Below are positions 55,700 through 64,000 of a stretch of 64,000 nt of DNA, piece after piece. The position numbers and the translations under genes are program-made. Under the pieces are notes generated by a model that made no database searches, had not been told where the DNA came from, and saw only the letters and a program-made list of their open reading frames with translations. Positions within the stretch are counted from its first letter, which is position 1; each line of letters opens with the position of its first letter. The stretch comes from Lama guanicoe (Eukaryota): the NCBI GenBank assembly GCA_013239625.1, contig MU056050.1:2218084-2282083 (forward strand), written 5' to 3'.

Positions 55700-56175
55700 A
55701 AGGGATGGCAAACTGTGGCCCACAGGCCAAATCACTTGTTTTGGTTAATAAAGTTTTATTGGAGGAAATAGACTCACCAACATAGAAAACTATGGTTACC
55801 AAAGGGGAATGAGAGGAGGGGATAACTTAGGAGTTTGGAATTAATAGGTATATAGCACATATAACATAGGTAAACAACAAGGGCCTATGGTATAGCACAG
55901 GGACCTATATTCACTAACTTGTAATAACCCACAGTAGAAAAGAATCTGTAAAATATATATGTATGTATAACTGAATCACTTTGCTATACACCTGAAACAT
56001 TGTAAATCAAGTATACATCAATAAATGTAATGGTTTTTAGAATGTAGCCACATCCATGTATTTACATACTATCTGTGACTGCCTTCACCCTCCAATGGCA
56101 GACAAGAGTATTTCCCACAACATTTAAAATATTTACTTACTTGCTCTTTACAGAAAAGGCTTGCAAACTCCTACT
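55700..56175. mobile_element. MER58-like element interrupted by an L1 3' end (about 55765-56025, + strand)
   Basis: caagggatggcaaactgtggcccacaggccaaatc...aataaagttttattgga, then L1 (agactcaccaacatagaaaac...tatagcacaggg...aactgaatcactttgctatacacctgaaac), then the MER resumes to ttgcaaactcct. Confidence 0.75.
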
Positions 56176-56189
56176 TTACCCTACTTGTT

Positions 56190-57945
56190 AGTCATTATCG
56201 TATTTTACTTCTTTCCAGAATTTGGTGCTATTAACCTCCCTCATCCTGGAAATCTCTATTCCTTTGATGTCTGTGACAGCACTCTCTCCTCGTTTTCCTC
56301 CTACCCCACTGCTGCTAATTTCTCTTCTGCTTCCTGCTCCCCTTTTCTACCTCTTAATGTCAATATTCTCCCAAGTTCTCCCATGTTCTTTCCTCTCTTC
56401 TCACTCTGTACACTCTCCCAGGGTACCATTCCATAGGCTTCATTTCCAGCTCAGAATGCTCTCCTGAGCTCTGAACCAGTATGTTCACACGTCTAATGCA
56501 CCTCCTCACCTAGATCATCCCACAAGCACAACCTCAACATTTCCAACACAGAAACTATCATCTCTGCTCTTACCCTCACCCCATTGCTAAACCAGAGATC
56601 CCTCTAAGAGGATGGAGAGAAAAATTAAAATATAATCAACTTTAAAATTGGTAGATGTTATAATCCTGGGGGAAAAAAACAGGCTTGCACTCAAAAGCAG
56701 AACCCACAGTACAATGTCAATGAAAAAACAGACGGGCCGTGAAAAGTATGATTCTTCTCATCTTTCGGATCCCAGAATTACTACATGGTTTGTGTTCATG
56801 TGGAAGAAAACCAACTAGTAACACCAAAGAAGGAATATGCAGACTCCAAACAAGCTACCCAAACCACTCCCTGAAACATAATAGGAGATGGTTCTGATCA
56901 CCCTGAGGGAGGTAGCAGGTCATACCTGGAAGGAATCAAGAGAAAGAACAAGGAAAGAAGCGGGGGTGGGGTGGGGTGCATTCAGTTTACATAAATCCAA
57001 GCATGTCTATTTGCATAAGTATTCAGGGCACTCTAAGCAGCCCATTCTTTAGGTTTCTTTCCTTTACCCTTGTCATCATCACAGAGAAGACAGTAGGACA
57101 GGAGGGTCGGTCACCACCATAAGCCTAGCAGCCGATGCAGAAACCTAGTAATCAACCTCACCTACTCCCATCCTCATCCTCACTCTCAGTCAAGTCCTGC
57201 TCGTTCTACTCCTTGATCTCTCTGAAATCCACTCTTACAAATCTCTACCTTAGTTTGAGCTTGTAATACTTTCTATATGGCTTAATGCAATGACGTCTCA
57301 GTTTTTTAGTTTTTCCTCCTGTTTCTAATTTTTAATCCATTCTGTTCACCCTCTACACTGCAACCAGAATGATTTTTCTGATCTCATCACACTTCTGCAA
57401 CAATGGGTCCCTAGAGTCCTTTGGCATAAATCACTTTAGTTTATCATAAAACGCCCTTTATAATCTGCCTCCTGCCTATTTCTTCAGTCTTCTTGTTTAC
57501 CTGCCCTTCGCCTGCACTTCTCCACTTCATCACAAATGTCCACTAAGACCCAGTTGTAGTTAACTACTTAAAAAATCTTGCTTGGCCATGTCTTTTTAGG
57601 CCTCCGTGTTTTTGATCATGCTTCTCCACCTGCCTGGAATTTCCTTCCCCTCACGTTTATGCCTGACTAACTCCTACTTTGTCTTTAAGACTAAGTTGGC
57701 ACTGTTTCCTCTGGGAAGCCTTCCCTGACTGCCCTCTTCCCTCAAGACTAGGTTGGAGACTCTACCTCTGTGTTTCCATCTCAGTAGTACTTACCTCTTT
57801 CACGGCACTACAGTGATATATATTGTCTTCCCTACCAGGTCATGGGCTGAGAACACGAGCTGGGTCTCTCTCAGTCATTTCCATAACTCAAAGAGTTGTA
57901 AATATCTGTTGGACCAATAAATGGATGAACAAATGAATGAGTTGT
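56190..57945 (+). mobile_element. L2 fragments (interrupted at about 56590-57130)
   Basis: cctctgggaagccttccctgac and 3' tail ataaatggatgaacaaatgaatga. Confidence 0.65.
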
Positions 57946-58409
57946 GGGAATGGAAAAAAACCCAGAGGCATAACTGAGGAGGTAGTGTTGAGAACAGAGA
58001 AAGGGGGCCACTTCATACTGTACAAATGAAAACACTCAAATTTTCTGTCCAAAGAGGTCCACCCTCCACATAATTAGCAAACGCAATTCTCCACAGCCTG
58101 CCATTTTTTCAATGTCTCTCTCCTCCCGAAATAAGCCTTACCTCATCCCCCACCAGCCAGGCAGCCAAGCCCTCAGGTTCCTTTGAATGTGGAGTTAGTT
58201 ATCTCCTGCACTAGTCACCATCACCACTCCTATGGTGTCCTCCTTCACCAATGCCCCCAGCTACTGTGCTCTATCAAGGTTATACATTCACTCTCACAGG
58301 ACACTCAGATGTGCAAATATAATTTCCTTTGTGAGATTCAACCAACTAAAATTTATATTTTAGTCCAAACAGGTAAATCTAGCTCATACACAATGGTATT
58401 AGGCTAGTT

Positions 58410-59393
58410 CATTAGCAGACATAGTTATGCACCCCTCATACCCCTCTTCAAGAAAGGACTTGCTGTCAGCTGCCTCCTTGCAGGTAGCTGACAGCCTTCA
58501 GCTGTTAGCATCATCAGAATCTGCCTGAGCTTTTGAACTGAGGTCACACTCTTGTTGGGGAACCCCACAGCCAATGACCTGGCAAAGTGGTGGTAGTCAA
58601 AGTCACATTCTCTCAGGGTAGCGCCCAGCTAATGACCAAGCAAAGCAGTAGTAGAAGAGACTAGCTATTTGCACCCAGCATAGCACTTCTCTAATGAGCA
58701 ATCTGCTCCAGATAGCCCTCCTTGGGCTGGCAAGGGCTTTGTCAGGGCCACTTGACAATCTGACGTCTCCCCCTGCTCAATCCTGCTTGTTTGTCCCTAT
58801 CCCTTTGAATGTATTATCCCCTAAAGGAGGACTGCACCCTGCAGGCCTGCAAGCCCTGTGGTTGCCCAGCCTCAAAACCAAAGAAAGAGCCCGGAGGCAG
58901 CAACAGAGACATCAACAGTTTACTAGAAAGGGACTCTTACAGGTTTGAAGCAAAACGTCCCGGAGCAACACCCCCACTGCGTACGGCAGAGAGCAGGCAG
59001 GACAGGGCAGCACTCTTCACTACTCAGGGAGAGCGAGGCGACCATTTTTAGGGGAAATTGATGTCAGGTTGGCTCATCAATTACCAGGGAAACCAGCAGC
59101 TTGGGCACACCCCTCACAGCCCCTCAGGTTAAAGGCCATCACGAGGGCAGATGTTTCCCTTTAGTAAACCAGCAGGTGGAGCCATTCTGGCCTAAGGATT
59201 AGAACAATCACCAGCTGGGGCAGGGGACAAGCACGTTCATGTAAGTAGGGTGTAGGTGAAGCAGGGATGTTCAAGCAGCGGATGGACAAAGAGCAAGAGA
59301 ACAGCCATCTTGAGTGGCCTGACCATATATCTAATAAATCTTTTTCATTCCTAACTCCTCAGCACCTGCTCTCTGAAAGTCCAATCTGTAACA
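58410..59393 (+). mobile_element. ERV-L-type (LTR16-like) 5' LTR with a second, probably LTR-derived, insert at about 58815-59328
   Basis: LTR 3' part aataaatc...cattcctaactcc...tgtaaca ends at 59393. It is homologous in reverse orientation to 61010-61350. Confidence 0.6.
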
Positions 59394-61009
59394 TTTAGTA
59401 CCAGAAATGGTCCAAGAAAGCAGGCTGTAGATGGGGTTCGGGGACCAGATTCCTCACCACTTGACTAGTAATGAGGACCCTATTCCTGATGGAAGGTCAG
59501 GCACAGACAGTCCCTGCCTGGTACAAGGTGACTGAATTGTTAAGCTTTTACCTGTGGTGTTTTGGAAGAACTTGCCAGTGGAGAGGATGTACCAGCTAGG
59601 AATGATTCAAGCATCATGAAATGTATGGGAGAATTATAGATACAAAGAAAATGGAATTTGGTGCTTGTTATTAAGTGATATTGATGCCCTAAAAACAGAT
59701 AGTAAAAAGCTGAGGGCAAATAACAACTAAAAACTGTAAACAAGAATCCAACAGTCTCTTTAGCTTACAAAGGAGCTCTCATTTCACGCAATGGTGAGCA
59801 TAAAAAGAAGCTCTAACCCAGGATTTGATCACTGGGGTGTCTGAACTTCAAGAATCATTGAATGCTCAGCTGAGACAAATATATTAGGCCAAGTCAGAGT
59901 CCTAGTTGCAAAAGATCAGCATCCTGACACATGGGATGGGGACATCTAAGTGGATGCTCCTAAAGATTTTGACTCTCCAGTCTTCTGTAAAACTTCAGAG
60001 CCTGTAGAAGTGGCCCAACCTTCGTTAATAACAGGTGGTATTCCTCTGCCTACGACAATACGAAAGTCTGTGCCTCTCAAAGTCATGGGCCCGTAAGCAG
60101 CATTAGCCTTCCAAGAACATGCCGGACCTGATAGGGAAGGGAAAGGACTATACCCTGAAGGAATGGGAAGACTCAGCCAGCATGTGCTAGCAGGAGTCAG
60201 GAGAGCACACATGAGACTGAGTTCCGAAGGGACGTGATCAAGAGGTGTTCTATCTTAAGAATGGACAAGGGAGAGTTTGTTGGTTTGGAGGCACTTTCTT
60301 AGGATATGGGGCTTACAGCCTAGCAGGGACCCCAGAGGTTGGTGTAAACTCGTAGTTAAGGTAGCTCATTTATTCTTACTTTTTAAATTTTATTCTATAC
60401 ATTAAGCAATACCCTGTTTGTCTATCTATGTTGCCTCTAGGGATCTTGTGTTTTATTAACCATCTATTTAGCTCCCTACAGATCAGGCCCATCTGATTGC
60501 CACTCTAATCTTACCTGTTGTGACAATAATTACAAACCCCTGGCTGCCGGTGGTTAAGCCCTATCCCCTGGACTCTATTGCCGGGGTGTGGAGAGGGTTG
60601 GCTATCATTCCCATTTCTTTCAACAAATCAAGGGACCATCTCCACTGTCACCTGTCCTGGTCTACAGAACAGAGCACCACTCCTCAAGGAGATCAAACAG
60701 CCACTTGGTAGCAAGTCTACTCAATGGGCCCACATCCATCTTAGAAGGGCCAGCAGTTCATTCTCACAGGATAGACCCTATTCGGGGTATGGGTTTGCCT
60801 TTCCAATCTGCAGAACCTCAGCCTGGACCACTATCCAGGAGCTTATGGAATGCTTGCTCCAGAAGTATGGAATTCCATACAGCATGGCATCCAACATCCC
60901 ACTTCACAACAAAGGAGGTGTGAGACTGGGTCCCTGACCATGGGATTCATTGGTCATATCATAAGCCACACTATCCAGAAGCAGCTGGACTCACAGAAAA
61001 CTAGAATGC
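59394..61009 (+). mobile_element. ERV-L internal remnant (gag-like part plus degenerate integrase core at about 60720-61009)
   Basis: ORF fragments YSGYGFAFP...TTIQELMECL...YGIPYSMAS, SHFTTKEV and HYPEAAGLTE match the ERV-L integrase core, with frameshifts. Confidence 0.8.
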
Positions 61010-62150
61010 AGGAAGGATGGGTTGTCAGGAAGCAAACATGAGATTTCTCAGGGAGTGACATCTGTGAAGGAAAAAGAAGGAAGCAGGATTGGGGTAGGGG
61101 GTACCATCAGACTCAATGCAGATCTGAGAAAATTTCTGCCAGTCCAATGGGGAATTTTGAAGCAAAGATTCCCGTTTAAGGAGTCCTACATTGGACAAAA
61201 ATGGCTAGGCCCTTGTACCACTGCCTTGCTCATTTGTTGGCCAGAGGCTTCGCCAAGGAGAGCATGAACTTGGCTCAAAGGATGAGGCCAAGCCTGAAGG
61301 TGCTAGCAGCTGGGCAGTTACCTGAAGAGGAATCTGAGTAACACATGTCTAGGTCCACCCCTGTATCACAATGATCTACTTCCCCATACATGTCCAGGGA
61401 GAAGCCCATCCAGGGCTATGTGGGCCTTAGAAGAGGGAGATTAGTTGGATAAACTACAGCCTCCCAACCCCCACTTCAGCTGGTCTCGGACTGCAACTGG
61501 TATTCCATGCCTCCCTCTTCCACTATTCATTCTAAATCACACTCACCTTCACCTTTTACCTTGGCAGGTTTTGGCAGCTTATCTGGTTGTTTAACCCAAA
61601 CCCTCATTCCTGAGCCATCAGAGCCCCTGGTAAATCACATCCTTCTCAGACTGGGGTTGCTGCATGCGTTCCTTCACAGCTACAATGGACTGGGGAACAG
61701 CACGGGGGCACCCAGGTGGGTCATCTGAGTCCCATACATACTCCTCTCTATTCTCATTATGCAACCTTATCCCTCTGTCTCTTGCTGTTTAGGGTCAATT
61801 ATGCCTAAGAGGATGGTGCGTGTTCTTGGCTACTGGTCATTGAACACAAGGCACCCAAAGGGACTAGGTGTCAGTTGTAGCTTGTAGGTCAATGGGATCC
61901 TTTTTATGTCCCCTGGAGAGAGTGTAGCCCTTTTGGGACCAGGGCCTCTCACACCGTAAAGCTTAGTTGTAGGGACAAGAAGCACAAAGTTCTCCAGTAG
62001 GTCATTGGGAGTAATGGTTAGTGGGGCCATTCCTGATTCTTCTCCTTGTTCCCTGAACCCTCTATTCTTCCTATAGAGGACACAGCACATATGGAGATCT
62101 CTGATTTACTTCATTCTTGCTGGGTGTTGCCTCTGAAATGGTGCCTTTGG
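61010..62150 (-). mobile_element. ERV-L integrase C-terminus/dUTPase region plus 3' LTR, in antisense orientation
   Basis: Minus-strand ORF 61830-62090 (QGEESGMAPLTITPNDLL...LSPGDIKRIPLTYKLQLTPSPFG) resembles the ERV-L post-integrase/dUTPase region. LTR at about 61010-61350. Confidence 0.75.
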
Positions 62151-62229
62151 GAGAGAGATTTGACAATATATCATACATACAATCAATATATCATACAAAC
62201 AATACCTTGATGTGAGAGGCCCATTTACA

Positions 62230-62345
62230 CATTTAATCATTACAAGCTTATGCTGTAGGTACTCCTATTCTCTCCATTTTATAAATGAGGAAACTGAGGC
62301 ACAGCCAGGTTAAGAAACCTAGCAAACAACACTTGCAAGTGGCAG
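62230..62345 (-). mobile_element. MIR
   Basis: ccattttataaatgaggaaactgaggcacag. Confidence 0.75.
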
Positions 62346-63287
62346 ACTGTTTTCATTGGGCTATCCCGCCAGAGGTCATAATACAAACTAAAGGGGTGAA
62401 TGTCACTGTAAAATTTCAAGCCTGCTGATTGGCTAATTCCTAGAAACAAGGAAACCAACAACATCCCACCCAAACTTTTTGAACACTGTTTCCAAAAGGA
62501 ATTGCCATTCCAGGATCTTCCAAAGTCTTGATTGGAAGCTCTAGTCTTGACAAATATCCTGGGAAAATGCAAGGCTCCTCTGAAATGATTTCAGCAATGA
62601 GCACCATGCCCGTACCTGACACTCATTAGGGACCACACCTTAATGCCGATCATTCATTGTGGAAACATCAAGCCCTAAAACCATCTGAGAGAAACAAGTT
62701 TTAATGCAGCTTTCTCCTCTTCCATTTTCTCTGGTAGAATTTACTTACAGGCATAAATATGAAAAATACATATCACATATGATGATTTACAATTATTAAA
62801 ATTAAATAAGAGAAAATCTCTGGCATTCACATTCATTTTCTTACTCGGAAGAGACATCCCATTCTACTGATTGCAATATAAATAAGTTTGGAATAATGAT
62901 TGTGATATTCTATTAAACTAATGGATTCAATCTCATAAGTCATTTTTATGGATAAAATTTAAAATACTGTATTAATTCCAAACAGAATACATTTTCAGTT
63001 TGTTCCAGGAAACAGATTACTACATGTAATGTCAACAGTCATTACTTCCTGGTGTTATTTACCTGATCCCAATTTCCTAGCTAATACCACTGTGTGTGTT
63101 ATGAATAATGCACTGTATCAAATCTGCAAAAACACATCATGTATAGTACAGTTATTGGTACGTACATCACCTAATAGAGAATTTGCATTTCCTTCCTGCA
63201 TCCCACTTCCTTCCCACTGTTTTCTAACTAACATATATGTAGGAGAAACATTTTGGAAGGGGGTGCAGGATGTCCAAAATGGGCAAC

Positions 63288-64000
63288 TTTTTTTTTTAAC
63301 ATTTTTTATTGATTTATAATCATTTTACAATGTTGTGTCAAATTCCAGTGTTCAGCACAATTTTTCAGTCATTCATGGACATATACACACTCATTGTCAC
63401 ATTTTTTTCTCTGTGATTTATCATAACATTTTGTGTATATTTCCCTGTGCTATACAGTGTAATCTTGTTTATCTATTCTACAATTTTGAAATCCCAGTCT
63501 ATCCCTTCCCACCCTCTGCCCCCCTGGTAACCACAAGTCTGTATTCTCTGTCCATGAGTCTTTAGATTCCACATATGAGTGATCTCATATGGTATTTTTC
63601 GTTCTCTTTCTGGCTTACTTCACTTAGAATGACATTCTCTAGGAGCATCCATGTTGCTGCAAATGGCGTTATGTTGTCGGTTTTTATGGCTGAGGAGTAT
63701 TCCATTGTATAAATATACCACCTCTTCTTTATCCAGTCACCTATTGATGGACATTTAGGCTGTTTCCATGTTTTGGCTATTGTAAATAGAGCTGCTATGA
63801 ACATTGGAGTGCAGGTATCATCCTGAAGTAGATTTCCTTCTGGATACAAGCCCAGGAGTGGGATTCCTGGGTCATATGGTAAGTCTATTCCTAGTCTTTT
63901 GAGGAATCTCCACACTGTTTTCCATAGTGGCTGCACCAAACTGCATTCCCACCAGCAGTGTAGGAGGGTTCCCCTTTCTCCACAGCCTCTCCAGCATTTG
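63288..64000 (-). mobile_element. Relatively young L1: ORF2 C-terminus plus 3'UTR and poly-A, running off the window end
   Basis: Minus ORF 63562-63939 [32 protein letters not shown]...CTPMFIAALFTIAKTWKQPKCPS...WYIYTMEY is the L1 ORF2p C-terminus. Poly-T at about 63288-63297. Confidence 0.95.

Noticed and set aside
63562..63939. 125-aa minus-strand ORF as a host gene
   Set aside because: It is the L1 ORF2p C-terminus.

Overview
Mammalian genomic DNA containing the 3' end of the AMPA-type glutamate receptor gene GRIA3 (GluA3) on the + strand. The tRNA-derived SINE family suggests a camelid host. The window opens inside a long intron (1-27029). It then holds the ligand-binding-domain S2 exon ending at the R/G editing site (27030-27277) with its ADAR hairpin, the mutually exclusive 115-nt flop (27840-27954) and flip (42322-42436) exons, the M4/C-tail exon ending in SVKI-stop (45026-45273), and a terminal 3'UTR exon (50163 to about 52350, AATAAA at 52327). 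The rest is intronic or intergenic, with SINE, MIR, L1, L2, CR1/L3, DNA transposon and ERV-L remnants. Most ORFs in the supplied track are spurious. The most interesting unexplained structure lies around the flip exon: a 17-bp hairpin over its branch-point/pyrimidine region and a 26-bp G-U-containing duplex (probably MITE-derived) 105 nt downstream. Also notable are an NMD-proofreading exon layout, a possible vestigial long C-tail frame, an ERV-L with an inverted 3' part, and a cryptic ~300-bp-period array. Repeat family names and boundaries are from pattern recognition and are approximate.
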